Virus record (IMG/VR): IMGVR_UViG_3300005253_000193
Location: 32,001-96,000 of that record
Strand: one strand, 5' to 3'
DNA: 64,000 nucleotides
From: a virus
Positions 38,324 to 48,731 of the stretch are shown here, piece after piece (position 1 is the first letter of the stretch; the number at the start of each line of letters is the position of its first letter). The notes beneath the pieces were generated by a model. That model did no database searches. It was not told the origin of the DNA and was given only the letters and a program-made list of their open reading frames with translations. A program made the position numbers and the translations under genes.

Positions 38324-39236
38324 TCATGATGGGCGCTAACTTCTCGGACGAATTACAAGGCAGGCTAAAACAATCCAAGATCTCGAGGACCCTCCCCGCC
38401 GCATCATCATTGTCCGTCCTCAAAAGAACGGGTTGGAAGTAATTGATAACTGTCAGACGTATACTTTCCGGGTCCATATCCTTCAAACCCTTCAAATGTT
38501 TGCACGCCCCTTCCCAATTTAGATTTTTACCCTTGAGAAGCCATCGGCAAAGTTCCAGTACATCCTCCGACCCGGTAGCCGTGCGAAGTATTTGAGCAGC
38601 TTCCTTCTTGTTCTTGCAGCCGGAGCATTTTTCCAAATAGACCAAAGCCCTTCTTGGACTGCCAAAAGATTCCTTGCTGATGAGGTCGATTACATCATTC
38701 CCAATGTCCATTCCCTCTCCATCACACACGTCCTCCAAGAGAAGGACAATGTCCTTTCTGCTGACGGGGTCAAGCACATAGGCGAAGGATCTCGTTTTTA
38801 TTGTTTCCGGGACTTTGGCAACCACGGTGGTGCAAAGAATGAAATAGACATGGGAGGGAGGCTCCTCCAATGCCTTCAACAGTGATTGCCACGCTTGTTT
38901 TGACAAGGCGTGAACCTCATCAATAATAATGGCTCTGTTGGGATGTTTCCCCATTGCCCTGTATTTAAGAAGATCAGTGACACTCCTCATAGCGTCAATG
39001 CCGGTGTAGGTTGCCGCATCAATTTCGATTAAATTTTGTGAGTCGCATCCGATGGTATTGGCAATGATCCTGGCAATGGTTGTTTTGCCCACACCGCTTG
39101 GGCCTGTTAAAAGAAAAACATGACCTTTGTCATCAGCCAACACCTTCTTTATTGATTGGATAGCCGTCCACTGCCCCAAGACATCATCAAAGTTGTCTGG
39201 CCGATATTTGACGTGCAGGTCGTCGTTCGTTCGCAT
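38295..39236 (-). CDS. dnaX: Clamp loader AAA+ subunit (DnaX gamma/tau-like)
   Basis: 'KYRP..FDDVLGQ', 'GPSGVGKTT', 'EIDAA', 'IIDEVH.LS', 'LLKALEEPP'. Confidence 0.9.
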   Translation of the reverse strand: MRTNDDLHVKYRPDNFDDVLGQWTAIQSIKKVLADDKGHVFLLTGPSGVGKTTIARIIANTIGCDSQNLIEIDAATYTGIDAMRSVTDLLKYRAMGKHPNRAIIIDEVHALSKQAWQSLLKALEEPPSHVYFILCTTVVAKVPETIKTRSFAYVLDPVSRKDIVLLLEDVCDGEGMDIGNDVIDLISKESFGSPRRALVYLEKCSGCKNKKEAAQILRTATGSEDVLELCRWLLKGKNLNWEGACKHLKGLKDMDPESIRLTVINYFQPVLLRTDNDDAAGRVLEILDCFSLPCNSSEKLAPIMIAIGRAIYD

Positions 39237-39442
39237 TTCAATCTCCCGTCTCTTTGGGTTTAATTCCTTGGCCTGTAGATTCCCTAATAGAAAAGCCTTC
39301 GAATAAGATGTGCCGTGTGTAAATAGGTAGTTGGATAGTGACTTTGCGTTTGTATGCTTCTGCCATCACATCAGTTGGGGTAGCAAACGGTTCGCTAATC
39401 TGCTGTCCTTCTTTGAACAAGGCGTACATCAGAAGATATCTC

Positions 39443-39682
39443 TCATGGTAGTGGTCCTCCATAGTCGCAGATGAATCTGACACCCCTGGGCATCCGATCG
39501 CAAACTTCCTTGGCCTCGTCGAAGGTGTAGGGACCCGAGACCTGAGGCCTGCCATCCTGGATGTTTTCCGCTACCATGAATCTTTCGTGCCCTTTCAACT
39601 CGGCACGTTCTATTTCATGGGCTTGTGCGTCCAAGGCTTTTGCCTGTTCCCTCAATTCTGCGGGTGTGGGTACATCAACCAT
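39443..39682 (-). CDS. Hypothetical protein
   Basis: 79 aa; AAGGAG SD. Confidence 0.5.
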   Translation of the reverse strand: MVDVPTPAELREQAKALDAQAHEIERAELKGHERFMVAENIQDGRPQVSGPYTFDEAKEVCDRMPRGVRFICDYGGPLP

Positions 39683-39693
39683 GGCTTCACTCC

Positions 39694-42222
39694 TTAATTT
39701 GATTTGAAGGTGCCAACCTTTTTCATGGCGAACCAGTTGTGTCCGACCTCAACTTCAATTGAGATGGGAACATTTATGAAGTCAAAAGGCACGTCCAACA
39801 TTTGATCAATTATATCCTCTAAGTCATCATCCAAGGAATCTACGGGAATATTAAAGGTTAAGTCATCATGGACATTCATGATAGCCTGCAACTGAGGCAT
39901 GTTTTCCTCCTCAGCAAATTCTGATAATCTATCCATTGCATTGATAACGATGTCGGAAGCCGTGCCTTGAATTGGATGATTGAGAAGTTGATTGACCGAC
40001 ATGGGAGCACGGCGGCGTCTATTTGTTAGGGTCTCGGTATATCCATGTTCATTATAGAAATCCAATAGATCATTCTGCCATTGTTTCACTTCGGGGAAGG
40101 TATCCCAGAATTCTTTGAGCAGCCCATTACGTCCGCAGAATATACTTTCAGGTACACCAAGATATTCAGCTATCGACTCACCGGCTGCCCCAAAGAAGGC
40201 TGGGAATACAAACTTGTTTTTGACCTTTTGTCGGAGTTCTTTCATGACGTCATTATCACTAATAAATTTCTTTCCTCCAACAATCTTGGGATATTTATTG
40301 GCGATACGTTTTGCCCAATCTGCGTGAATGTCATAATCCTCCCAAAGGGCTTTACATAGGAATTTATCTTCGGAGGCCATGCCAAAGACCTTGGCTTCAA
40401 TCTGTCCATAATCGGCACTTACCAAGACACAATTATCGGCCGCTACAATTTCTTCTCTGACCCACTTATTTTTGTGCTTGACAAAATTCTGCTGATTGAA
40501 TGCCTCACTGGAAGTACGACCGGTTGCCGTGAACATTGTGTTTAATTGGCTATGTGCCAGACCATCCGGATAGACATCGGAGCCTACCCCCTGTTCAAAA
40601 TTATCAACATATGTGGATTTCAGTTTGGTCAACTCTCTATGCAAGAGAACAAATTTTGCTAATGGGTGTTTTATTTTAGATAGAATTGACTCGCCGACGG
40701 AACTCTTGCCAGTTTTCTCATCGATGACCTCCCCACATTTCAACATATTTTTGAAGACGTAGAGTACTTGTTGATTTGATCCTGGATTAAATTTCTTTTG
40801 CTTTCTTTGTTCATATTCCTTAACAGCTTCAAGCTCAGCTATTTTCTCTTCAAGGGGCTCAATCCTTTTCCGAAGTTTATCCTGAAAACGCTTAACGGTC
40901 TTTTGGTCGATGTTAATTCCTTTTTGCTGGGTGAGAACGATCGTGGATGCCCTTCGTATCTGTACATCATATACCTTTCTCAATCCCTCCGCTTCCACTA
41001 AATCCATTTGCACCAAAGACAGATGGTGGGTGTACTTTGTGTCCAAGGCATTGTATCTTAGAACGTCAGGCAACGGCGCATTGTCAAGATTCTTTCTATC
41101 GAGATTCGATAGTGCTTTGAGATTAAATCCAAAATGCTGTAGACATAGAAAGTCAAGGCTTGAGGAGTTTTTTCTTTCATCAAGCACATAAGCCTGTGCC
41201 ATTGTGTCTCCCCAAGGAGAATTTCGAAGACACTCATTCCCATAGAAAAAGGAAATCCACTCCATCTCAAATGGAAGATTGTGTGCAAACTTGATACACT
41301 TGGAATCCCTGAGGAACTTTCCAAAAATAGCCTCAAGTTTTTTGAGTTCTTTCCCCGGCCACTTATTTCTTTTGTGCCGGAGAGCGAAGGCTATAACCTC
41401 ATCTTTTGTTCCTACGGATGCTGTGATTATTTTTGCCCCTTTGGAATAGGGTCTCAAACAATTTGTTTCGAGATCAACTCCAACACTTTCTTCTTTCCTC
41501 ATTTTATTGAGGAAGGTAGATATTATTTCGAGATCAAAACTTCCTGACCCATCAAAAATTCTAATGTTCTCATAGTGTTTGTTTATGATGACTGGATCGG
41601 GGAGTGTTTTTAACTCATCAAAGGCGCGTTCCATGTCCTTTATGAAGACTTTGCCAAGGTCAGAATTTTCAGGTCTTCTCCGAGAGCCCCTTATAATAAA
41701 GGCGGGATGAAGCATGGGATAGTACCAACAAACATGCTCCCCTATTTTGACGGGAGTTCTACGGCCTCTCCAGGTGAGTATTTTTGATTCATTCAGAGTC
41801 CATCTTAGAGGTATACCACCTAACCCAAAAACTGCCAGGGGTTTTGTTTCCTCAATATCCTTGATTATAGAAGGGCGGCAACTCTCTAATTCATTCCATT
41901 CCGGGTTGCGGTTTTTAGGTGGACGACATCGAACACAGTTACTTAGCCTGACCTGGTCCCTATACTTCCTGGGTATACGCGCACGTAGGAATTGACCGGA
42001 GTCCCCAACGAAGGGTTTGTCCTGATCGTCCTCGACTCGGCCAGGAGCCTCGCCCAGCATGTATACAAGGGGTTTATTTGCCCCCGTGGGGGGCATTTCA
42101 GGCGATCCTATGCGTTCTTTGCCGAGTGAGCACCCCCTACACCCTAATTTGTGGAGAGTGCCCGTGGACACCTTGTGTTTGGGTGCCGTGACAGTCGTGA
42201 CTCCCTTGAAGTAAAAGCTCAT
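39694..42222 (-). CDS. polA: Family A DNA polymerase with N-terminal uracil-DNA glycosylase (family 4-like) and 3'-5' exonuclease domains
   Basis: UDG: 'CRGCSL', 'GEAPG', 'PFVG.SG', 'CRPP.NR', 'HPA'; exo: 'DLET', 'HN..FE', 'YNALD'; pol: 'TGR.SS', 'DYGQIE', 'IQGTA', 'VHDDL'. Confidence 0.93.
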   Translation of the reverse strand: MSFYFKGVTTVTAPKHKVSTGTLHKLGCRGCSLGKERIGSPEMPPTGANKPLVYMLGEAPGRVEDDQDKPFVGDSGQFLRARIPRKYRDQVRLSNCVRCRPPKNRNPEWNELESCRPSIIKDIEETKPLAVFGLGGIPLRWTLNESKILTWRGRRTPVKIGEHVCWYYPMLHPAFIIRGSRRRPENSDLGKVFIKDMERAFDELKTLPDPVIINKHYENIRIFDGSGSFDLEIISTFLNKMRKEESVGVDLETNCLRPYSKGAKIITASVGTKDEVIAFALRHKRNKWPGKELKKLEAIFGKFLRDSKCIKFAHNLPFEMEWISFFYGNECLRNSPWGDTMAQAYVLDERKNSSSLDFLCLQHFGFNLKALSNLDRKNLDNAPLPDVLRYNALDTKYTHHLSLVQMDLVEAEGLRKVYDVQIRRASTIVLTQQKGINIDQKTVKRFQDKLRKRIEPLEEKIAELEAVKEYEQRKQKKFNPGSNQQVLYVFKNMLKCGEVIDEKTGKSSVGESILSKIKHPLAKFVLLHRELTKLKSTYVDNFEQGVGSDVYPDGLAHSQLNTMFTATGRTSSEAFNQQNFVKHKNKWVREEIVAADNCVLVSADYGQIEAKVFGMASEDKFLCKALWEDYDIHADWAKRIANKYPKIVGGKKFISDNDVMKELRQKVKNKFVFPAFFGAAGESIAEYLGVPESIFCGRNGLLKEFWDTFPEVKQWQNDLLDFYNEHGYTETLTNRRRRAPMSVNQLLNHPIQGTASDIVINAMDRLSEFAEEENMPQLQAIMNVHDDLTFNIPVDSLDDDLEDIIDQMLDVPFDFINVPISIEVEVGHNWFAMKKVGTFKSN

Positions 42223-43334
42223 TCGGTTGGCGTTGCGTCTGATCCGTTGGAAATCAGATGAAGGTATGCATCACTTTCACCAGAGAGTAGAATGGTGTCC
42301 TCAGTGACGTAGAACATGTCACATACTGCCAAAGCCTTTTCAAGCATAGTAGTATCGATTGAGGCTACCACATCAGGATGATCGGCTTTGAGAGGAATGA
42401 CGGCGTGTGTGTCTCCCTTATGAGTTTCCGTGTCCATGTGGAGCTTGTTTTTGACGATCTCAAGTCTTACTTCCCAACCATATACCCCAGAAGTGAGAAC
42501 CTGAGAAGCCTTGATGGCTTGTCCGATGCTGGTGGGTAAGGGTACAAGGTCACGGGGGTCGACGTCACCCCACTGCTCGTCGATGACTTCCTCGAAGTTG
42601 ACGGAGGAGTCGTCCTCCAACAATTTTGAGAAGAGGGTAACGCTGTCGATTATCGCTATAACGTGGTCCTCGCCAATGAACAGCTCACCATCTTTTTTGA
42701 GGGATTTCACCGTGCGTACCAGGGTTTTACAGAAATCGGGGGGCAAGATAACCGCCCGCTCCTTCTTGGATTGGATATCGAGTTCAAACCTGGAAACGGA
42801 GACTGTGTCCGAGGAATACAAAACACAATCCTTCTTGCCCAAGGAAAGGGTGATGCCAAGTAATGATGGCCGTGTGCTGTCTATCCCCATTGTGCTGAGG
42901 CACAACTCAATTCCCTTGATGAGAGCATTGTCAATGTTGACCATCAAAGAGCTCTTGATGTCCGGGAGTTCAAAAATGAAATCCTCCGGAGGCAGGGTGG
43001 GGAGTTTGGAATTGCTGCGCCCATATTTCATATGAACCTCACCATCCTTCTGCTTGAACTCTACTTCCTTGGCAGAGGAGGCTTCCAGAAGTCCGATGAT
43101 CCGGGCTCCATCAATGGCGTCGTTCATGTCACACTCATGATCGACCAACACCGCCATCACGTCATTATAGGAAGTGATGGTCACGCCATCGAAACAGAAG
43201 TGTGTGTAGACCGGAAGTATTGATCCCTTGGAAGCAAGTGCGGGCTTGGCAAGGTTCAATTTTTCCAAAAGCAGTTTTCGTTCCATGGTCGGACTCCCTA
43301 TCGTCCTCACTAAGATTTGAGGTCCATGTGCCAA
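42219..43334 (-). CDS. dnaN: Sliding clamp (DnaN beta-like)
   Basis: About 355 aa; 'ILPV', 'LPTLPPEDF', 'RPSLLG', 'SSDT..R', 'ILP', 'SKLL'. Confidence 0.75.
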   Translation of the reverse strand: MAHGPQILVRTIGSPTMERKLLLEKLNLAKPALASKGSILPVYTHFCFDGVTITSYNDVMAVLVDHECDMNDAIDGARIIGLLEASSAKEVEFKQKDGEVHMKYGRSNSKLPTLPPEDFIFELPDIKSSLMVNIDNALIKGIELCLSTMGIDSTRPSLLGITLSLGKKDCVLYSSDTVSVSRFELDIQSKKERAVILPPDFCKTLVRTVKSLKKDGELFIGEDHVIAIIDSVTLFSKLLEDDSSVNFEEVIDEQWGDVDPRDLVPLPTSIGQAIKASQVLTSGVYGWEVRLEIVKNKLHMDTETHKGDTHAVIPLKADHPDVVASIDTTMLEKALAVCDMFYVTEDTILLSGESDAYLHLISNGSDATPTE

Positions 43335-43519
43335 TCATCGCTGAACAGTCCAGTTTTGTTCAAGGACTGTACAATGAGTCTTGCCGTGGTCTCATTCTTT
43401 GTCTCACAGACGTAGCGGCCAGATCCTCTTGGCGTCGTCCCACTGTAGCGGGCAATGATGAATCTGGTGCTAGACATCTCAATATAGGAAAACTCTTCTC
43501 TTGTCGACATTACGGTCAC
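43310..43519 (-). CDS. Hypothetical protein
   Basis: 69-aa ORF coupled in operon. Confidence 0.45.
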   Translation of the reverse strand: MTVMSTREEFSYIEMSSTRFIIARYSGTTPRGSGRYVCETKNETTARLIVQSLNKTGLFSDDWHMDLKS

Positions 43520-44364
43520 TCCCTATTTCTAAAAACCAGCAAATGCTCATGACGCGGGACAAGTTTCATTCCTTTCCAGGAGTTGGCTGCTCTTACGGCG
43601 GCGGACCCCGCGCTTCTCGAAAGGATGATATCCTGCCAGAGAATAAATCCAGCAAGATGAAAATTGATGACCGTATCCCCACGAAAGTCAACCAAGGCTT
43701 TCGATTTATCCCGGAAGTTACCAACATTGACACAGGTGAAGGCATCAGGCTTCAGCTTTTCTTTGATGGCCACTGCCGCCTGCCCCATAGCTTCATCGAA
43801 GTCCAGGTAGTCTTCCAGGTTGGAGATGTCGTCGTCCTGGTCGCTGTAGACTTCCAGGTTATGATAGGGTGGACAAGCAAAACATAAATCAAAAAGCTCG
43901 GAGTCAAGACAGTCCAGTACAGTGCCGTCCCCAAGATGGTAATGAGCGTCCAAACCGAGCTCTTCAATAATCTTTTCGTTCTCAGTAATAGCTTCCTGCC
44001 GCACGTCAATTCCATGATATTCATACCCCATGATGGAAGCAACAACTCCACGAACCGGACCGCCAGCAAATGGGTCGAGGATCCTGTTTCCTTCTTTGCC
44101 ACCGTACCTCAACAAAACCCATTCCACTAATGGTGCAGGATAGACAGAATATGTCCCTGAATAGGCAGTCTCCTCCTTACGCATAGCCCCGGCACGGGAA
44201 CCGGATCGTCCATCCTCCCCGGTAAGTTCCTTCCAATGCTTGGTCCGCTGACTGATGAGTTCATCAGCAGGCCAGATGGTCGTGCTTGTGTGAAAGTTGA
44301 GGGCGGGGCGAATATAGGTTTTCCGAAGATCACTGATGCTACCCCTGAGTTTGGACCTCTTCAT
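43516..44364 (-). CDS. DNA amino-methyltransferase-like protein
   Basis: 'ILDPFAGGPVRG', 'CPPY.NLEVYS', 'HEHLLVF'. Confidence 0.8.
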   Translation of the reverse strand: MKRSKLRGSISDLRKTYIRPALNFHTSTTIWPADELISQRTKHWKELTGEDGRSGSRAGAMRKEETAYSGTYSVYPAPLVEWVLLRYGGKEGNRILDPFAGGPVRGVVASIMGYEYHGIDVRQEAITENEKIIEELGLDAHYHLGDGTVLDCLDSELFDLCFACPPYHNLEVYSDQDDDISNLEDYLDFDEAMGQAAVAIKEKLKPDAFTCVNVGNFRDKSKALVDFRGDTVINFHLAGFILWQDIILSRSAGSAAVRAANSWKGMKLVPRHEHLLVFRNRE

Positions 44365-44647
44365 TTTTCCCCACCTTCTTGACTTTTATTTCGATGTCCC
44401 ATCCTCGATTCCTGGCCTTGACTTTGATCTTGTCGGCCCAGCCAATAGCCTGACCGATGACCTGGATCTCTCTTGGGAAAGGTTCATCTCTGAGGCAATC
44501 GGCACACAGGAGCTCGAAAGCTCCATTCCCATCTACCTGAACAGGATGAACCCCTGTTTCGTTTATTTGTTGAGCTTCGGACGCCGTCTCTTCAGCTTCG
44601 GACGTTGAGCCTTTAGTTTCATATTCGGGATCGTCCGCGATCTGCAC
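44339..44647 (-). CDS. Hypothetical protein
   Basis: 102-aa ORF with CADC. Confidence 0.4.
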   Translation of the reverse strand: MQIADDPEYETKGSTSEAEETASEAQQINETGVHPVQVDGNGAFELLCADCLRDEPFPREIQVIGQAIGWADKIKVKARNRGWDIEIKVKKVGKNEEVQTQG

Positions 44648-45228
44648 GATGCTTCTCCCTTGAGTAACAGTTCCCTTCCCATAAGACGAACATATATTGT
44701 CTTGTCCATCTCAGCAATTATATCTCCCCCTCCCCCATCTAAGTGCCGGACTATTTTAGAAGCCTCTTCCTCACCAAAGATGAGATCTAAACTTGGTCTG
44801 AAAATCTCATAGGCTGGCCTTCCTTCATTATCGTAGCAAGGAAGCCTTTTGTATCTGTTCCTTATTACGAGAGTTCCCCTATTGGTTAACTTGAATGGGC
44901 TTGCAATACAGCCAAAGGGTTTATCAGGGGTATCATGAAGTATGCAAAGTCCTTTATCCTTGAAGGGACAACCTAGTTCTTCTGGTACGGGTTGCAATTC
45001 CCCGTTTATGACCCTGACCCCAAGCCTCTTAATTCTTTCCTCTTCAAAGGGAAGGATAGTGACTTTCATGCCCCCTGGAAGTGTGGGGGCATCACAGCAC
45101 TTTCCGGTACAGCCCTTCTTTTTGATGCAGTCTGGCCCGCAACTGATGAACAGAAGGCGGGCCATTTTTGAAGATATTCTGACTGGGACTTTGTCACTAA
45201 AGATGTTTCCTTTTACCCTAATTGTCAT
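44563..45228 (-). CDS. Cys-cluster (YkgJ/CxxCxxCC-like) protein
   Basis: 'C...GCTGKCC', 'CPF...LCILH..KP.GC..SPF'. Confidence 0.65.
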   Translation of the reverse strand: MTIRVKGNIFSDKVPVRISSKMARLLFISCGPDCIKKKGCTGKCCDAPTLPGGMKVTILPFEEERIKRLGVRVINGELQPVPEELGCPFKDKGLCILHDTPDKPFGCIASPFKLTNRGTLVIRNRYKRLPCYDNEGRPAYEIFRPSLDLIFGEEEASKIVRHLDGGGGDIIAEMDKTIYVRLMGRELLLKGEASCRSRTIPNMKLKAQRPKLKRRRPKLNK

Positions 45229-45244
45229 TTTGTTCTCCCCAGGA

Positions 45245-45278
45245 AAGATAAGGGCGGGACATAATCAAGTCCCGCCCT
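45245..45278 (-). terminator. Terminator-like hairpin after the 45304 gene
   Basis: 10-bp perfect stem AGGGCGGGAC/GTCCCGCCCT; TATCTTT follows on the minus strand. Confidence 0.6.
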
Positions 45279-45303
45279 CATTCACTCGCCGGCTGTCTCC
45301 GGC

Positions 45304-45837
45304 TTACTTGACGGTGAGAGTGATGACGCCGTCTTCCTTCGTGACCTTGTGACCCTTCTTTTCGAGGTTGGTCAGGAGATTGTAGTGGGTGGTGCCGGTG
45401 GTTTCCTTCACGTCCTTCATCTTGGCACCTTTGGCAAACAACGCTGCCGCCTCGGAAGCCTTGGTGCCAACCTTCAGGCCGAAGTCGTCGCGTTCCACTT
45501 TGGTCTTGCCGCTGCCTTTGGCTTTGTCCTTGGGGGCTGAGCGCTTGGCGGCGGATTTCTTGGCTGGCGACCGGCTACGTGGCTTTCCTTCCTCGGTTCC
45601 CCCCTCGGATTCCTCGTCGGGAAATTCCTCCGGGTCCTTGTTGTCGTTCATGTCGTCGATAGCTTGGATGACCCACTTCTGGGCACCGTCGGTGAGGCCG
45701 AGGCTTTCCCAGTCGTCTTCGCTCAGGTCAGCACAGTGACGAACAAGGCGGGCACGGTAGGCGATGTCCTTCTCGCCACGCTTGCGTTTGATCTTTGTCA
45801 CGCTTTCGAGTTCTTCTCTCAAGCTCTTTTTAGCCAT
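45304..45837 (-). CDS. Charged, probably DNA-binding protein (C-terminal wHTH-like)
   Basis: Strong codon bias, K/A-rich linker, own terminator. Confidence 0.5.
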   Translation of the reverse strand: MAKKSLREELESVTKIKRKRGEKDIAYRARLVRHCADLSEDDWESLGLTDGAQKWVIQAIDDMNDNKDPEEFPDEESEGGTEEGKPRSRSPAKKSAAKRSAPKDKAKGSGKTKVERDDFGLKVGTKASEAAALFAKGAKMKDVKETTGTTHYNLLTNLEKKGHKVTKEDGVITLTVK

Positions 45838-45896
45838 AGTTTGAACCTCTCGCTTCAAGTTGGTGGTTGAAAACTGTCGGATGGATATACGTCGTG

Positions 45897-46088
45897 TCAA
45901 TCCATCCTATCTGCCAAGTTTAGTGCCTTCACAATCTTCTCCGCACAATCTCGACTAAAAGTCTCGGCAATTTTCCCATCAAGACCTCTTTTATGATCCA
46001 ATATTTCGTAGATACCACGATCGCGATGGTCTATGTACTGGTAATCATAACGCAGTGACTTTTTCTTCGGAGCTTGTGAAGTAATCAT
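45897..46088 (-). CDS. Hypothetical protein
   Basis: 63-aa ORF. Confidence 0.4.
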   Translation of the reverse strand: MITSQAPKKKSLRYDYQYIDHRDRGIYEILDHKRGLDGKIAETFSRDCAEKIVKALNLADRMD

Positions 46089-46674
46089 GGCACAACCTCA
46101 ATATATTGATATTTTCTGGATCCAATCCCAGAATACGACAAAACTTTTCATTTGTAGTTTCCCTGTTGAAGCGTCTGTTCCCCTTCCTGTATCTCAGGTA
46201 CGGCTTTCTAAATTCCTTTAGCTTGGCTTCATCAAGAAGGGAAAAAAGTAATAGTTTTATCTCCGCTGGGGCCTTTAGAAGTAAAATGCTTAATGAGCCC
46301 TCATGATAGCTTATCGTATTTGCCCTTTCAAGCAATTCCTCAAAGTCCAACTTGGGGAGGGAGATCTCAGCACTTTCGGTTCGTTGATTGGCTAAGTTAT
46401 GAATATGATTTTCGAAGGATCTCTTAAACAGGGACATGAAATGTTTTGGGTTTGTAACCTGAGGATATTTCTCCTTGCATTGAAGAAATTTTAGATAAGC
46501 GTCTTGATGGAGATCTTCGAATTCGTGGTAAGCTCCTACCCTCCAATAATTTCTTGTTATGTGATTGATTGCCCAACCTTCGATGGCTCCCTTAAATACA
46601 GGAGTGAAGTGAAGACTTCTCCTCTTCAAGCGCAGCTTATTTCGCTTCATGAAGATGCTCCCCGTAAACCTCAC
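46045..46674 (-). CDS. Sigma-factor-like protein (region 2-like)
   Basis: 'EFEDLHQDAYLKF', 'FMSLFKRSFENHI'. Confidence 0.55.
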   Translation of the reverse strand: MRFTGSIFMKRNKLRLKRRSLHFTPVFKGAIEGWAINHITRNYWRVGAYHEFEDLHQDAYLKFLQCKEKYPQVTNPKHFMSLFKRSFENHIHNLANQRTESAEISLPKLDFEELLERANTISYHEGSLSILLLKAPAEIKLLLFSLLDEAKLKEFRKPYLRYRKGNRRFNRETTNEKFCRILGLDPENINILRLCHDYFTSSEEKVTAL

Positions 46675-46715
46675 CGCCCATGATAGGGGCTTAAAAAGAG
46701 AGGAGCAAATGATTT

Positions 46716-47720
46716 TTATGGCAGTTGCAGGACTTGTTTCTTCGACAAATCCCCAGGGTCAGTGACGCCTTTTGGAAGAGAAGATATCTTAACTCCAAGA
46801 TGTGACAGGTCGCTGGCAGCTACAAAGGAGTTCACAAGCTGGCCCGCATCCAGAAGAAGTCTGGTCTGTCCAAACTTGGGAACAAGCTCCGATAGAAGCC
46901 AGAGTTGTTCGTCAGTAATGTCCGTGCTAAAAATGCAGGTAGCCCGAACTCCCAGTTCCCTAGCATAGAAATCAATTTTGGTTGCATCAAAGAATCCCTC
47001 GGTGATGTAGAGCGTTCGTCCTCCTCCTTTTTTGAGGTTTGTGAAATTGTACAGGATGTCCTTCACACTCATTAGGGCTACTGGGTCCCCACGAAGGTTG
47101 GCTTTTTCTGGCTCGTGTGACAATGATTGGTATCTGAGCTCCTCGTCCTTTCTGATGGTTCTGCCCGTCCAACCAACCAGTTCTCCTTCCATGTAAAAAG
47201 GAATAATGATTCGCCATTCCCATCTATCCTCCATGCAGTAATGAAGTTTGTACTGGCGGGAGAAACGTAGAGCCTCGGGAAGTGAGAATCCTCTCTCCCT
47301 CCTGAGATATGAAATGAAACGCTTCCCAAATCCCTTATTGATTATTCTTTTGAAGTTGCTGGGCATCTCGAGCCTTGCTGTCTTTTCCACTTTCTTGTCC
47401 GCTCCTTTCAATTTGGCCAGTGTCATTTCGAAGTCAGTAAGATCCGGTTTTGGCCCCTCGCCTACAATATGATTGGCCTGGTCATGGGAACAACTCAGAA
47501 TTTTCATTATGAGTCGTTGGGGTCTCCTCCCACGATGAGACTTCACGCGCCAGCAACCCCACATGATCCCTTTCCTTAACAGGCCCATATGTTCTGAAGG
47601 ATCACTATCTCCGCAGAAGGGGCATTGGATGGCTATGTGTCCCCTGGACACGTTGGATCCGCTTTCCACGTAGCGGATTTTATTTGTATCACAAAATTTT
47701 TGCCAGTTGAATTGCATCAA
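46716..47720 (-). CDS. DNA primase
   Basis: Zn finger CPFC...CW, 'RIIIPF...G.LVGWTGR', TOPRIM 'TEGFFDA', 'DPGDL'. Confidence 0.85.
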   Translation of the reverse strand: MMQFNWQKFCDTNKIRYVESGSNVSRGHIAIQCPFCGDSDPSEHMGLLRKGIMWGCWRVKSHRGRRPQRLIMKILSCSHDQANHIVGEGPKPDLTDFEMTLAKLKGADKKVEKTARLEMPSNFKRIINKGFGKRFISYLRRERGFSLPEALRFSRQYKLHYCMEDRWEWRIIIPFYMEGELVGWTGRTIRKDEELRYQSLSHEPEKANLRGDPVALMSVKDILYNFTNLKKGGGRTLYITEGFFDATKIDFYARELGVRATCIFSTDITDEQLWLLSELVPKFGQTRLLLDAGQLVNSFVAASDLSHLGVKISSLPKGVTDPGDLSKKQVLQLP

Positions 47721-48004
47721 AACTTTCCAATGTTTTGTTCAATTTTTAGTGCTTGTTTAAAAGTAAGAGCTATTAAAACCCTCATCAAACTGACAAGTAA
47801 GATGAAGAACGCGGAAATGGACGCGACAATTTTATACTTCAGATCGATTTCATTGGTGGCTGTAACCGTTCCAACTGTAATTGCGAGTAAGTTTGTAAAA
47901 CCCATTAATACTTGAAATTTGGACATGGTCCACCCATTCCAAAAGTCTTTTCTCTTATGCGTAGCGTAGACAAACAAAATCCATCTACTCCTGAGACTCT
48001 TCAT
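47717..48004 (-). CDS. Small membrane protein
   Basis: Two hydrophobic segments. Confidence 0.45.
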   Translation of the reverse strand: MKSLRSRWILFVYATHKRKDFWNGWTMSKFQVLMGFTNLLAITVGTVTATNEIDLKYKIVASISAFFILLVSLMRVLIALTFKQALKIEQNIGKF

Positions 48005-48306
48005 TAATCGTCCTCTCTTGTGAAGGTGTCTTTTGGAAGCCCTATCAGTTCCGCTACCTCTTCCCAGGCAAAATGATACCCATCACCAAAACTGGTTCCG
48101 TCACCGCGATCATACGCGGTTTTCTCCTCACGGAGATGTATCCGCGTGGCCTCAATAACGGAGCGGGCTTGCTTACGATGGTCTTCCCATGCTGGATAGC
48201 TATGACTAGAACGGCCATATTCTTGGATTCGGCGTTCGGGTTGGTCACCGGCAGCGACACACAAAGCTCGCGCCAGCCTTTCTTCCAAGGACATTTCCAT
48301 GGTCAT
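48004..48306 (-). CDS. Hypothetical protein
   Basis: 100-aa ORF, coupled to neighbours. Confidence 0.55.
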   Translation of the reverse strand: MTMEMSLEERLARALCVAAGDQPERRIQEYGRSSHSYPAWEDHRKQARSVIEATRIHLREEKTAYDRGDGTSFGDGYHFAWEEVAELIGLPKDTFTREDD

Positions 48307-48671
48307 TTTTTGTCCTCCCTCACAATCGTCAGCTCAACGCCAACGATTTCCATATCCTCGACATTGCGCTCAGGGCAAGATGTGGTCTCCCACCTTTCAT
48401 CATCATCACCATCAAACGAATCATAGATATGAACCACCTTTACTTTACCCTTCAACCACCAACCCAAAGCACAATAAGCAGCATGTGATGTGCTAAACAA
48501 TCGAGGCTTGCGATTGTCTGTTGGTTCGCAATGGGTGAAGCCACGATTTCCACGGCCAGGACCTTCCGGCATCAGTTTATCAGTTGGCCTGTGCAAGATG
48601 GCATACATCATCATGTTAACTCTCCCGCTGAGATAGATACGTGAATGTCTTCCAACCAGCCCAAAGGGCAA
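48303..48671 (-). CDS. Hypothetical protein
   Basis: ORF; likely start MMMYAI. Confidence 0.5.
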   Translation of the reverse strand: MPFGLVGRHSRIYLSGRVNMMMYAILHRPTDKLMPEGPGRGNRGFTHCEPTDNRKPRLFSTSHAAYCALGWWLKGKVKVVHIYDSFDGDDDERWETTSCPERNVEDMEIVGVELTIVREDKK

Positions 48672-48731
48672 TCAGGATAACTCCCGTCAAATAAGCTGGC
48701 CACCAGAGATTAATCCAGAAGTCGATCATGA

